Below, piece by piece: positions 8,558 through 18,102 of a DNA stretch of 64,000 bases; position 1 is the stretch's first letter, and every line of letters begins with the position of its first letter. The DNA is from Nitrosopumilaceae archaeon (GTDB lineage Archaea; Thermoproteota; Nitrososphaeria; Nitrososphaerales; Nitrosopumilaceae). The stretch spans positions 11,848-75,847 of the forward strand of contig WTHC01000025.1 in assembly GCA_011523285.1 (NCBI GenBank). Direction: 5' to 3'. The notes under the pieces are model-generated. The model was not told where the DNA came from. It saw only the letters and a program-made list of their open reading frames with translations, and did not search any database. The position numbers and the translations under genes are program-made.

Positions 8558-9221
8558 ACCGTATATTATTTTAAGTGCTGCAATTACACTTGATGGTAAA
8601 ATAGCTACCAAATGCGGAGACGCCAAAATTTCTAGCCATAAAGATAAAATCCGTCTTCATAACCTTAGGACAACCGTTGATGGAATATTAATTGGCATTA
8701 ATACTGTAAAACAAGATGATCCTCTTCTAACTATAAGATATGCAAAATGTGGTCATAAACATCCTGTTCGTATAATACTAGATTCAAATGGTATTATAGA
8801 TCATAATACCAAAATATTAAAAACATCTACAAAATTTAAAACGATAATCGTCGTATCTGAGAAAATACCGCAACGAAATCTTAACAGATTAAAAAATTAT
8901 TTAAATGTGGATATAATAATGTCTGGGAAAAAAACTGTTGATATAAAACAATTATTACGACATTTATTAACAAAATATTCGATGCAAAGAATACTTGTTG
9001 AAGGTGGAAGTAAAGTTAATTGGAGTTTTATTAATCAAAACCTTTTTGATGAATTAATAATAACCGTATCCCCATACCTGGTAGGCGGAACAAGATCTAT
9101 ACCATTTTTATCAGGAACTGGCTTTCCTAATATTGCAGATTCTCCCACATTGAAATTGAAATCTATAACACGTTTAGAAGATGAAGTTGTTCTTAATTAT
9201 GTTCGTCCATGTCATTTTTAA
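8544..9221 (+). CDS. arfC: 2,5-diamino-6-ribosylamino-4(3H)-pyrimidinone 5'-phosphate reductase (RibD C-terminal domain type)
   Basis: KPYIILSAAITLDGKIAT...ISSHKDKIRLHNLRTTVDGILIGINTVKQDDPLLT...RILVEGGSKVNWSF is the DHFR-like RibD_C pattern. Confidence 0.85.
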   Translation: MVKSKPYIILSAAITLDGKIATKCGDAKISSHKDKIRLHNLRTTVDGILIGINTVKQDDPLLTIRYAKCGHKHPVRIILDSNGIIDHNTKILKTSTKFKTIIVVSEKIPQRNLNRLKNYLNVDIIMSGKKTVDIKQLLRHLLTKYSMQRILVEGGSKVNWSFINQNLFDELIITVSPYLVGGTRSIPFLSGTGFPNIADSPTLKLKSITRLEDEVVLNYVRPCHF

Positions 9222-9708
9222 TTTGTTCTATTTTTTGATTCAGTGCATTTTTGATTTTATCATTTCGTTTTAAATTCAAGACATTACTACATGTAGCACA
9301 TTTAAAGAAACATTCTAAAGCTTCATCAAATGTGATCCTTCTACAATCTTCATTTCCACAATGATAGAATTCATATTTATTTTCATATTCTAATCTTTGT
9401 TCTAACCTTTTGAATATCTTTTTTTTCTGACTTAAAATAAAATGTTCAACTTCTTCTGCGCGTGTACGCCATCTATAAACAAACCAGCCTTTTCTTTCAT
9501 CTTTTATTCTAGTTCCTGTGATTAAAGCCTTTCCAAACAGATCATATAATACACGTCTCACCATATTTATTCTTAATCCAGTTGAACTAGCAATTTCTTC
9601 GTCTGTAGCATCTTCAGATCGTAGAAGAGATCTAGCAACTTTTAGATATTCATCGCCACCTATCATTGATGCAATTCTTATAAATGGATCTTCTCGTTTT
9701 TCTACCAT
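9193..9708 (-). CDS. tfe: Transcription factor E (TFE alpha)
   Basis: Winged helix (DEEIASSTGLRINMVRRVLYDLFGKALI...DERKGWFVYRWR) followed by a CGNEDC...CATC zinc ribbon. Confidence 0.85.
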   Translation of the reverse strand: MVEKREDPFIRIASMIGGDEYLKVARSLLRSEDATDEEIASSTGLRINMVRRVLYDLFGKALITGTRIKDERKGWFVYRWRTRAEEVEHFILSQKKKIFKRLEQRLEYENKYEFYHCGNEDCRRITFDEALECFFKCATCSNVLNLKRNDKIKNALNQKIEQIKNDMDEHN

Positions 9709-9736
9709 GATTATAATATATTTTTGATTATGTTAT

Positions 9737-10261
9737 TTAATCGATTGTTTTGGATAAAATATTCTTACCTCGAACATCTGGAATGATTTCAATCTTTGCA
9801 TTATTAAATTTTTTTAAAAACTGTTTGCCATGTTGAATTCTATCTAAAAATACTGCTAACGCACTAATTTCAGAATGTGGTTGATTGCCTATCGCTATAT
9901 TATAGTCTGCAATTTCGTAGATCTCTCTAGGCACTTTACTAGCTCCTACTATTATTAACATATTATTTTCGGCATTTATCTTTGAACATGCACAATTAAT
10001 ATCCTCTCCATACATTGTTAAATGAATAATTTTATATGATTTTTTTTTGATTTTAATGAATTTTTTCCAATTGTTAATAAAATCAATCTCAAAATTACCA
10101 CCCCATGTCGAATTAATTTTGTACACAGTATTTTTCATATGCTCATTATTTTCATGCATGTAAATCTTAGTTGCATTGAATGCACGTGCGACTAAAATTA
10201 TATGTGTTATTACACGTTCATCTCTTACTAATCTTTGTCCGATTTGTAATATTTCTATCAT
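9737..10261 (-). CDS. trm56: tRNA (cytidine56-2'-O)-methyltransferase (aTrm56, SPOUT)
   Basis: LQIGQRLVRDERVITHIILVARAFNA...HLTMYG...LIIVGASKVPREIYEIADYNIAIGNQPHSEISALAVFLDR aligns by eye almost motif-for-motif with Pyrococcus Trm56. Confidence 0.9.
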   Translation of the reverse strand: MIEILQIGQRLVRDERVITHIILVARAFNATKIYMHENNEHMKNTVYKINSTWGGNFEIDFINNWKKFIKIKKKSYKIIHLTMYGEDINCACSKINAENNMLIIVGASKVPREIYEIADYNIAIGNQPHSEISALAVFLDRIQHGKQFLKKFNNAKIEIIPDVRGKNILSKTID

Positions 10262-10336
10262 ATATATTATTGAAATTTAATTACACATTATAATATATTT
10301 GCAAAAACTTCTAATACGCTGTGTGTAGGTAACTCA

Positions 10337-11374
10337 TTATTCTTTTGGTTTGAGTACATTTTCTATGTTTATATTTAAAACAATTTCAGCGATATCTTCT
10401 GCGTATTCAGCTATACGCTTTATATGCTCGATTATTTTGCGTATGAAATAAATTTCTTCATTATCTGTGATTGTATTTGTTTCATCTAAAACAATTCTTT
10501 CATGCTGAATTATTTTAGATGTATTATCTATAGTGTAATCTGCATGATTGAAATCTTTCTTAAACAAAGACAAACATGATTGATCAATAAGATATAATGC
10601 AAATTCGGCCATTTCTTTTATTTTATAATAGATGGGTTTTTGAATTGATTTTTTGAATCGTATTAATTCTTCTGCTATTAATACCACATGATCTCCAGTA
10701 CGTTCTATATTTTTTGTGATTACTCTGTATCCTAAACAATTTCTAGCATTAAATTTCATATCTATTAATACCTGTTCATTCTGGATAGCAATTTTTAATT
10801 GTCGTATTATGTAAAAACCAAACCTATCTACCTCGTCATCTGTTTTTATTACTTCGTTTGCTAGATCTAAATTCGTTTCTTTGAGAGCTAATAATATGTC
10901 TGTTAACATAGATTTTGCGAGATGTGTCATTCTTTTGAATGCATTATCTATGGATAATCCTAACGAATTAACTAATACTTGAATAACTATTCCACTAGTA
11001 GAATCTGCAGTAATTTCAGCACCTATTAACATTCGTTTTACAGTCTCTTTGATTATATTTCGTTGAGCTGGTTTTAGTCTACCTATCGTTGGTTTTATAG
11101 TGATTATTTTGAATCCTATAAAATACAATGAAATAATTTTCCTTATTACAGATTCTTCGTCATCATTTTGTATTTCGAAAACTGCATCTTCACAGTTAGT
11201 ATAATTAGTTAAATTCTTAGATGGTATTAATTGTAATGCTGTGTTTTGTTTTTTAATTGTAATCTGATCTCCGCGCTTTAATCCTAACTCATTTATCCAA
11301 GATTTGGGTAGTGATATTATATATGATGATTTGCCAGTAAATTGAATTTTTCTTATTTCTTCATTTTTGACCAT
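10337..11374 (-). CDS. AbrB/SpoVT-domain + PhoU-repeat regulator (phosphate-uptake-regulator-like)
   Basis: N-terminal swapped-hairpin motif (KSSYIISLPKSWINELGLKRGDQITI) followed by two PhoU-like helical repeats (DDEVDRF..., ERTGDHVV..., IAEYAEDIAE). Confidence 0.8.
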   Translation of the reverse strand: MVKNEEIRKIQFTGKSSYIISLPKSWINELGLKRGDQITIKKQNTALQLIPSKNLTNYTNCEDAVFEIQNDDEESVIRKIISLYFIGFKIITIKPTIGRLKPAQRNIIKETVKRMLIGAEITADSTSGIVIQVLVNSLGLSIDNAFKRMTHLAKSMLTDILLALKETNLDLANEVIKTDDEVDRFGFYIIRQLKIAIQNEQVLIDMKFNARNCLGYRVITKNIERTGDHVVLIAEELIRFKKSIQKPIYYKIKEMAEFALYLIDQSCLSLFKKDFNHADYTIDNTSKIIQHERIVLDETNTITDNEEIYFIRKIIEHIKRIAEYAEDIAEIVLNINIENVLKPKE

Positions 11375-11458
11375 ATTAATAATTATAATAATTAATTCTA
11401 TATAGTTAATTCGATTAATATAAAACTACTAATAAATCATATTTCTTCATATGTATTA

Positions 11459-11917
11459 ATGGATCCACTAATAAAATTAAAATATACTATAGATATATTA
11501 TTCGGACATAACACTTCTAAATTTTTACCAAAACCAATGACATTTTTTTTCTCTCATAAAAATGGACGACTACGAAATGTTTATTACAACGATCAATTGC
11601 TTTGTACGTTGAGAATAGACGGGGGATTAGCAATCTCTATTTTTCTTGCTGCAATGTTATTAAAAAATGCGAAATTTCTAACATATTGCCTAGCGGTAGA
11701 TAAAGTTTCAAAACCATTCATTGAAAAAGGACGATCTGTATTTTGTAATCATGTTACATGGTGTGGAAAAAATGTTCATATCCAATCAGATGTTCCTGTT
11801 TTATACCAAAACAAAGTTATAGCTATAGGCAAAGCTATGCTGTCGTCAGAGATGATAATTTCGCAAAGCAGAGGCGTAGCCGTTAAAATTAGAAATAGTT
11901 TAAAATGTCATCGTTAA
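11459..11917 (+). CDS. Stand-alone PUA-domain RNA-binding protein (resembles the C2+PUA C-terminal region of ArcTGT)
   Basis: C-terminal ...VDKVSKPFIEKGRSVFCNHVTWCGKNVHIQSDVPVLYQNKVIAIGKAMLSSEMIISQSRGVAVKIRNSL fits the PUA pattern (G.svFakhV...gdeV.v......a.G.a..s..em....kG.AVkvR). Confidence 0.55.
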   Translation: MDPLIKLKYTIDILFGHNTSKFLPKPMTFFFSHKNGRLRNVYYNDQLLCTLRIDGGLAISIFLAAMLLKNAKFLTYCLAVDKVSKPFIEKGRSVFCNHVTWCGKNVHIQSDVPVLYQNKVIAIGKAMLSSEMIISQSRGVAVKIRNSLKCHR

Positions 11918-11928
11918 TGTAAAATATT

Positions 11929-12270
11929 ATGATGCGTGGAAATAATCGCCATCTTAGAAGAATGATGGATAAAATGGGGCTTGATATGAATGAAGTACAT
12001 GATGTACAAAAAGTGATAATTACAACTGCCAAAAAGGAAATAATCATAAATAAACCATCTGTTACAGAAATGAAAGCACAAAGTAACTCTATTTTTCAAA
12101 TTGTAGCAACTAATCTAGAAGAAAAAGAATTGGATACCCCAATCTTCAACAAAGATGACATTCTGTTAGTGTGTCAACAAGCTAACGTTGATACAGATAA
12201 AGCCATTTCTGCTTTAACTGAATCCAAAGGTGATCTTGCACAAGCAATTTTATTATTAACTACAAAATGA
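11929..12270 (+). CDS. nac: Nascent polypeptide-associated complex protein (archaeal NAC alpha, NAC + UBA domains)
   Basis: RRMMDKMGLDMNEVHDVQKVIITTAKKEIIINKPSVTEMKAQ (NAC domain) and a C-terminal DDILLVCQQANVDTDKAISALTESKGDLAQAILLL (UBA). Confidence 0.85.
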   Translation: MMRGNNRHLRRMMDKMGLDMNEVHDVQKVIITTAKKEIIINKPSVTEMKAQSNSIFQIVATNLEEKELDTPIFNKDDILLVCQQANVDTDKAISALTESKGDLAQAILLLTTK

Positions 12271-12304
12271 AACATTAAATTACTGATCTGTTATAATAGA
12301 ATAA

Positions 12305-12625
12305 TTGGGCGAACAAGTAAATAAAATAATAAAGGCACTATCAAGCCTAGAATCTGACATAGACTCTCTACATCAAGATGTATTAGTAATGCAAAATGAC
12401 TTAAAATCTCATACTCAACAAGAAATAAAAAAATTAACTATTGAAACTCAAAATATAGCAAACACGGAAGCACAAAGAATGATATCAAATGTACGTGATA
12501 AAGCAAAACTGAAATCAGAACAAATAATCAAAGATAATGAAAGTAAAATATCGAAGTTGAAAAATCAAATAGATCACAGCTTTGATGAAGTTGTAGATCA
12601 CATATTTGCGTTAGCATTAAAGTAG
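12305..12625 (+). CDS. Hypothetical coiled-coil protein
   Basis: 106 aa, heptad-like charged sequence throughout, TTG start. There is no diagnostic motif; it is only weakly reminiscent of A/V-ATPase peripheral-stalk subunits. Confidence 0.35.
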   Translation: MGEQVNKIIKALSSLESDIDSLHQDVLVMQNDLKSHTQQEIKKLTIETQNIANTEAQRMISNVRDKAKLKSEQIIKDNESKISKLKNQIDHSFDEVVDHIFALALK

Positions 12626-12793
12626 TATATATGTACAAAATGTAATTTTTTTTTATGTTATTTTATTTATTAAATAATTGTGTATTATGTATTAATAACA
12701 TCATTCACGTTAAATAATTGATTATTTTTGGTGTATTTTATGTTGATCTTTAAATAGATCCTTTTATTAATAATATTACTTAGAGAGATAAAA

Positions 12794-13033
12794 ATGACAT
12801 GTAAAGGGATTTGTATACGATATAAGGCTCAAAAACCTGTTGGTACTGGCAGGTATGCATCAGGACAAAGACGCTGTCAAATATGTGAAATATTCATAAA
12901 ATGGGAAGGTCTTTGGTGTCCATGTTGTGGATACAGACTTAGAACCAAGCCTCGAAATCTTAAATATAAAGCTAAATTGCGTGCTAGAATAGAAGCAGAT
13001 TCACATACAGAAGAATTAACGATAAATGCATAG
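12794..13033 (+). CDS. Small Cys-rich zinc-ribbon protein with a basic tail, function unknown
   Basis: 79 aa with CKGIC...CQIC...CPCCGYRLRTKPRNLKYKAKLR. It is preceded by a 168-nt AT-rich spacer. Confidence 0.5.
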   Translation: MTCKGICIRYKAQKPVGTGRYASGQRRCQICEIFIKWEGLWCPCCGYRLRTKPRNLKYKAKLRARIEADSHTEELTINA

Positions 13034-13050
13034 TACATATTTCATAACTA

Positions 13051-13386
13051 ATGCCAAATTTAGGTTATGCGACAAAAACTGTTCACACTTGTAACAGAAA
13101 ATTTGTTATTCATGTATTAAAACTTAGTAATGGTTGTTTTGTTGTTGTATCAGAAGATTCTGAAAAATTAGGTTCTATGCTAGCAGCTATTTCTACTAAT
13201 ATACCTACTACCATAACAATACTACCTGATAAAAATAATCCGGTTTTTTCTCAATTAATTGTAAAACAAGTTTCTTCTGCTATAAACGGAATATGTATTT
13301 CATCAGTATATTTATTAAAAACTATAGATGCTGAAACCATAAAAACATTGATGACACATATAATGAAATTAATCCAAAATGACTGA
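13051..13386 (+). CDS. Hypothetical protein, translationally coupled to ubiD
   Basis: 111-aa ORF on the same strand. Its stop overlaps the UbiD start by 8 nt. No recognisable motif. Confidence 0.4.
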   Translation: MPNLGYATKTVHTCNRKFVIHVLKLSNGCFVVVSEDSEKLGSMLAAISTNIPTTITILPDKNNPVFSQLIVKQVSSAINGICISSVYLLKTIDAETIKTLMTHIMKLIQND

Positions 13387-14713
13387 TTTACGTTGTTATA
13401 TTGATGTACTACAAAAAAAAGACGATCTTATAACAATACATAAAAATGTCAATACCAAATTCGAAATAGCTGGTGTCACGTCTAAACTAGACAATTCCAA
13501 AGCTGTTTTATTTACTAATATCGAAGGCAGTTATTTTAGATTGGTGTCTAATCTAATTGGTACTAAAACCAGATATGCTCAAGCAATAGGTGCCCAAGAA
13601 AATAATATTCATAATAAAATCATCCATGCTATTGATAACGCATCGATGCCTAATATTATCTCCACAGGCAAATTCCTCGCCAATAGATCTACTGATCTTT
13701 CAATACTCCCGATAGTTACACATTTTGAAAAAGAACCAGGACCTTTTATCACATCATCAATAATACATGTACAAAACCCTCATAGTGAAACACAGAATTT
13801 ATCATTTCATAGACTTCAATACCTAGACGAAAACCATTTGTCTGTTCGAATGGTTGAGGGCAGACATTTACATCGTGCATTTGTAGATGCTCAAACACAT
13901 GGTAATGATCTTAAAGTAGCAATTGTGATTGGGGTGCATCCTGCAATATCTATAGCTAGTGCTTATCAATTAGGTTATACTCAAAATGAAATTTCTATAG
14001 CTAACTCCATTTTAAATAACCATATTTCATTAACTAGATGTTCATATTCTGGATTGTATGTTCCATCAGATGCAGAAATAGTAATTGAAGGCACTATATT
14101 GCAAGACAAAACACATCAGGAATGGATGGTAGAAATGTTACGAACTTACGATTTTGTACGAACGCAACCGGTATTCGAATTAGAGCATATTTATTTTAGA
14201 AACAATCCTATTTTTCATGATATATTACCTGGATACTGCGAACACAGATTGATAATGGGTTTACCAATTGAAGCTAAATTAAATAAATCATTAAAACGTT
14301 TATTTCCACAAGTTAAACAAGTTTATATGACATCTGGAGGATGTAATTGGCTGCATGTGATAGTACAAATTTCCAAACAAACACAATCAGATCCCAAAAA
14401 AATCATTAACAAAGCTTTTGAATTACATAAATCACTCAAAATGGTAACAATAGTAGATGATGATATTGATCCAACCAACTCAACATCTGTTGAATATGCA
14501 ATTGCAACTAGATTTCAAGCTATAGATGACTTGGTCATGATAGATAATATACGTGGTTCCAGTTTAGATCCATCTAGCGATCAAAAAAATTTATTAACAT
14601 CTAAGATGGGTTTGGATGCAACTAAATCATTTTCAAAGAGACAATCTGGTTTTGAAATAGCAAAAATACCTAAATTTTCAAACATATCTTTGTATGATTA
14701 TATGTCAACATAG
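13379..14713 (+). CDS. ubiD: UbiD-family (prenyl-FMN-dependent) decarboxylase
   Basis: LRCYIDVLQKKDDLITIHKNVNTKFEIAGV... N-terminus, HRLQ...RM....H and overall length are typical of UbiD/3-octaprenyl-4-hydroxybenzoate carboxy-lyase homologues. Confidence 0.85.
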   Translation: MTDLRCYIDVLQKKDDLITIHKNVNTKFEIAGVTSKLDNSKAVLFTNIEGSYFRLVSNLIGTKTRYAQAIGAQENNIHNKIIHAIDNASMPNIISTGKFLANRSTDLSILPIVTHFEKEPGPFITSSIIHVQNPHSETQNLSFHRLQYLDENHLSVRMVEGRHLHRAFVDAQTHGNDLKVAIVIGVHPAISIASAYQLGYTQNEISIANSILNNHISLTRCSYSGLYVPSDAEIVIEGTILQDKTHQEWMVEMLRTYDFVRTQPVFELEHIYFRNNPIFHDILPGYCEHRLIMGLPIEAKLNKSLKRLFPQVKQVYMTSGGCNWLHVIVQISKQTQSDPKKIINKAFELHKSLKMVTIVDDDIDPTNSTSVEYAIATRFQAIDDLVMIDNIRGSSLDPSSDQKNLLTSKMGLDATKSFSKRQSGFEIAKIPKFSNISLYDYMST

Positions 14714-14766
14714 ACTAGATTATAATACTAATAACCCTAATCATATGTTTAATATAATCTTATTTT

Positions 14767-15687
14767 CTACATTGAATCTATTATCAATGCAATAAATAAT
14801 ACTGCAAGATATGGATTTGAAAATTTAAACAGCAACCAAGATTTTGTTTCTAGAGGCTTAATCATTACCATGACACTTATAATTATCATAACTATTCCAG
14901 ATACTATTGCTGTATACAAATATACTAGTCCAACTACCATATGTCCATCAACTTTTACAAAAAATGGTAATATGCTGAATACTACCATGATTATTGTTGT
15001 AGATGAAATTATTCTAGACGACATTTTTTCAGATATCACAGCAGTTAGCATGGGTATATTCACTTTATTGTAATCTTTTTTATAATGTAATGCAAGAGCC
15101 CAAATATGCATAGGAATCCAAATAAATACTAGTCCTCCTATTATTAGGCCTAACTCAAATAAACCTTCGGTTGTTACTGCCGAATATCCTATCATAGCTG
15201 GTGCTGCTCCTGAAAACCCTCCTAGTATTATATTCAATTTACTTTTACGTTTCAACAGGTAGCTATATACTATAATATTGTCAAATAGACCAAAAGCCAT
15301 AAAAACAGTAGCTAGAGCTCCATTAGCTAGAGAAGTAGTATATGAAATCAATGTAGCTAATATAATAGATATAGAGGCTAACGTTAAACCAAAATTTCTG
15401 GCATTTAAAGGTGTTATTCTATTACTTGGTATCGGCCTATGTTTAGTACGATCCATAATTGAATCTATATCTCTATCACGATAATTTGTAAGTGTATTCG
15501 CAGCTGCAGAACCTGCAGCTACACCACATAAAATTAGACTCCATGTATAAACCGAAACATCTATGTTGTATATGTTAGATGCAGTTAATGCAGCTCCAAA
15601 TGAAGTAAATACTAACAGATACCATATTCTTGGTTTTGTTAATTCATAGTATACTTTTATGCGTGATCTCGTTTTACCCATTCTCAA
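14767..15687 (-). CDS. ctaB: Protoheme IX farnesyltransferase (heme O synthase, UbiA superfamily)
   Basis: YYELTKPRIWYLLVFTSFGAAL, NYRDRDIDSIMDRTKHRPIP (UbiA Asp-rich motif) and multiple TM helices. Confidence 0.9.
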   Translation of the reverse strand: MRMGKTRSRIKVYYELTKPRIWYLLVFTSFGAALTASNIYNIDVSVYTWSLILCGVAAGSAAANTLTNYRDRDIDSIMDRTKHRPIPSNRITPLNARNFGLTLASISIILATLISYTTSLANGALATVFMAFGLFDNIIVYSYLLKRKSKLNIILGGFSGAAPAMIGYSAVTTEGLFELGLIIGGLVFIWIPMHIWALALHYKKDYNKVNIPMLTAVISEKMSSRIISSTTIIMVVFSILPFFVKVDGHMVVGLVYLYTAIVSGIVMIIISVMVMIKPLETKSWLLFKFSNPYLAVLFIALIIDSM

Positions 15688-15861
15688 TATCTAACACTAC
15701 GCAGTATTAAAAATACAACTTTTTGCTATTTGATTTATATCTGTAAACATGTTGAATCGATTTTCATTATGTTATTATAAATTTATACATTTTATGAAAT
15801 ATGCTATCTTACTAATATGCAATTCATCATAAACTGATTATAGATTTGTGGCAAAATTTAA

Positions 15862-16941
15862 CTATATTTTGCCTTTTTTATATAACAATTCTGCCAATAA
15901 GATAGCTCCTTTTGCAGACCCCATTTTTTTATTATGTGAAAATAACACATACTTTATTCCATGATCGAATATGATTTCTTTTTCTAATCTTCCTATTGAT
16001 GTAGTCATGCCGTCATTGATTTCTCTATCTATTCTAGGTTGTGGTCTAGTTGGTTCATCATGTATTTCATAATATTTGGGAGGTGCAGATGGTAGACTCA
16101 AAATATTAAGATCGTTGAAGTATTCTTCATATGATTTTTTGACTAAGGTAGGATCTATTGGTTTTGATGTTTCTATAGATACAGATTCGGTATGGCCATC
16201 TATTACAGGGACTCTTGTGCATGTACAACTAATTTTTATATTTGCATTGTTTATTTTACCTTCATTAATCTTACCAAGTATCTTGGCAGTTTCTATCCTC
16301 ACTTTTTTCTCTTCATTTGGTATATATGGTATTATATTGTCCGTTATATCCATAGCAGGAACTCCTGGTGTTCTACCAGCTCCTGATATTGCCTGCATAG
16401 AAGTCATAATCACTTTATTAGTACCAAATTGTTCATATAGTGGTTTAAGAGTTATTGCCAAACCTGTAGTAGTACAATTTGGAATTGGCGCCACAAATCC
16501 ATTCCAATTTCTATTTTTTTTCTGAACATCAATCAAATCCACATGTTCATCATTTATACCGGGTATTAATATAGGCACATCTTCATCATATCTATACGCA
16601 GAAGATGTACTTATTACAGGCACAAATTTTGCAAATTTGGATTCTATCTCTCTAGCTGCTTCGCTTTCTATTGAAGAAAAAACCAAATCTATATTATCTA
16701 TTTTTATATCTTCTACCTTGTCCACTGTCATATCTTTTACATATTCTGGTATTGGTGATGCTGGGTGCCAATTTATTATTCCGCTACCTGCATCCTTGAT
16801 AGATTCCAAATATTTTTTTCCAGCTGATTTGTTAGAAGCTGCTATTTGAACTATTTCAAACCATGGGTGATTATTTAATGATACAACAAATTCTTGACCT
16901 ACAGAACCTGTTACTCCTATAATCGCAACCTTTTTTTTCAC
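15862..16941 (-). CDS. asd: Aspartate-semialdehyde dehydrogenase (archaeal type)
   Basis: KKKVAIIGVTGSVGQEF Rossmann N-terminus, PNCTTTGL active-site Cys and SGAG..G motifs. Malonyl-CoA reductases of Sulfolobales are paralogues, so substrate assignment rests on family only. Confidence 0.8.
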   Translation of the reverse strand: MKKKVAIIGVTGSVGQEFVVSLNNHPWFEIVQIAASNKSAGKKYLESIKDAGSGIINWHPASPIPEYVKDMTVDKVEDIKIDNIDLVFSSIESEAAREIESKFAKFVPVISTSSAYRYDEDVPILIPGINDEHVDLIDVQKKNRNWNGFVAPIPNCTTTGLAITLKPLYEQFGTNKVIMTSMQAISGAGRTPGVPAMDITDNIIPYIPNEEKKVRIETAKILGKINEGKINNANIKISCTCTRVPVIDGHTESVSIETSKPIDPTLVKKSYEEYFNDLNILSLPSAPPKYYEIHDEPTRPQPRIDREINDGMTTSIGRLEKEIIFDHGIKYVLFSHNKKMGSAKGAILLAELLYKKGKI

Positions 16942-17010
16942 AATACAAATTCTAATTTTGGTTATAATAATATTTCATAATTTAATAATGACTATAATGA
17001 TAGTACTGAA

Positions 17011-18102
17011 GTGAAATTAAATATAAATAAAAACATAACATCTCATTCTACAATCAAACATGGAGGAATAAATGCATTAAATTTAAATGATTCCGATATT
17101 GTAGATTTTAGTACTAATGTAAATCCAATGGGGTGTTCTCCTAAAGTAATCAATCATCTTAAAACTTTTACAACATTATTTTCATCTTATCCAGATCCTT
17201 ATTCGAAACAACTCTATGAGAAATTAAGTGAATACACAGGAATAAATAAAAACCGCATCGTAGTAGGTAATGGATCAATAGAAGTACTATATGATTTTTG
17301 TAGAGTATTTTTAAACCCGCAAACGCCTGTATTGATACCAATACCAACATTTGGAGAATATGAATCAGCATCTAAACTTCAGGGATGTAAACTTATTTTT
17401 TTTAAAACTATGGATTTAAACAAAAATTTAGAAAACTTCATAAAAAAAATACCTAATAACGGTTGTATTTTTATCTGCAATCCTAATAACCCTACTGGGA
17501 TATTGATTAAACAAAAAAATATGTTCAAAATTATAAAAACTGCCCAAATTAAATCATCAATGATACTTGTGGATGAATGTTTTATAGAATTAACATGTGA
17601 TGAAAAAGAATCTGTCTTAAAATATATTGAACATTTTGATAATCTATTTTTACTAAGATCACTAACTAAAACATTTGGCTTGGCAGGACTGAGAATAGGT
17701 TATGGAATAGGTGATAAAAAAATTATTAAAACCCTCAAAAAAATCAAAATTCCTTGGAGCATCAATACATTAGCTCAGAAAGCTGCATCTTTATCTCTAT
17801 CTGATAAATTATATTTAAGCAAAACTAGAAACTTAATTAAACAAGAATACATATTCTTAACAAAATCGATATCTAAAATAAATAATTTTATTTGTTATAA
17901 TTCAGATACAAGCTTTATACTCATTAAATCTTTGTTAGATACTACATTTTTACAGGAGCAACTTCTGAAACATAAAATTTTAATAAGAAACTGTAATAAT
18001 TTCAGAGGATTGAATAACCATTTTTTTAGGATATCCATTAAAACACATAATGAAAATTTAAAGTTAATTAAATCATTGGAAGTGATATCACGAAAACATT
18101 AA
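17011..18102 (+). CDS. cobD: L-threonine-O-3-phosphate decarboxylase (class I/II aminotransferase fold)
   Basis: HGGINA...IVDFSTNVNPMG N-terminus, NPNNPTG and a SLTKTFGLAGLRIGY PLP-lysine motif. It is the first gene of a cobalamin late-pathway cluster. Confidence 0.75.
   Translation: MKLNINKNITSHSTIKHGGINALNLNDSDIVDFSTNVNPMGCSPKVINHLKTFTTLFSSYPDPYSKQLYEKLSEYTGINKNRIVVGNGSIEVLYDFCRVFLNPQTPVLIPIPTFGEYESASKLQGCKLIFFKTMDLNKNLENFIKKIPNNGCIFICNPNNPTGILIKQKNMFKIIKTAQIKSSMILVDECFIELTCDEKESVLKYIEHFDNLFLLRSLTKTFGLAGLRIGYGIGDKKIIKTLKKIKIPWSINTLAQKAASLSLSDKLYLSKTRNLIKQEYIFLTKSISKINNFICYNSDTSFILIKSLLDTTFLQEQLLKHKILIRNCNNFRGLNNHFFRISIKTHNENLKLIKSLEVISRKH

Noticed and set aside
11914-12099. 61-aa minus-strand ORF
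   Set aside because: It is antisense to the NAC gene.
12745-12760. Inverted repeat GATCT-TTAAAT-AGATC upstream of the zinc-ribbon ORF
   Set aside because: It has only 5-bp arms in very AT-rich DNA, so it is expected by chance.
16076-16849. Plus-strand ORFs of 149, 64 and 70 aa
   Set aside because: They are antisense to asd and have no motifs.
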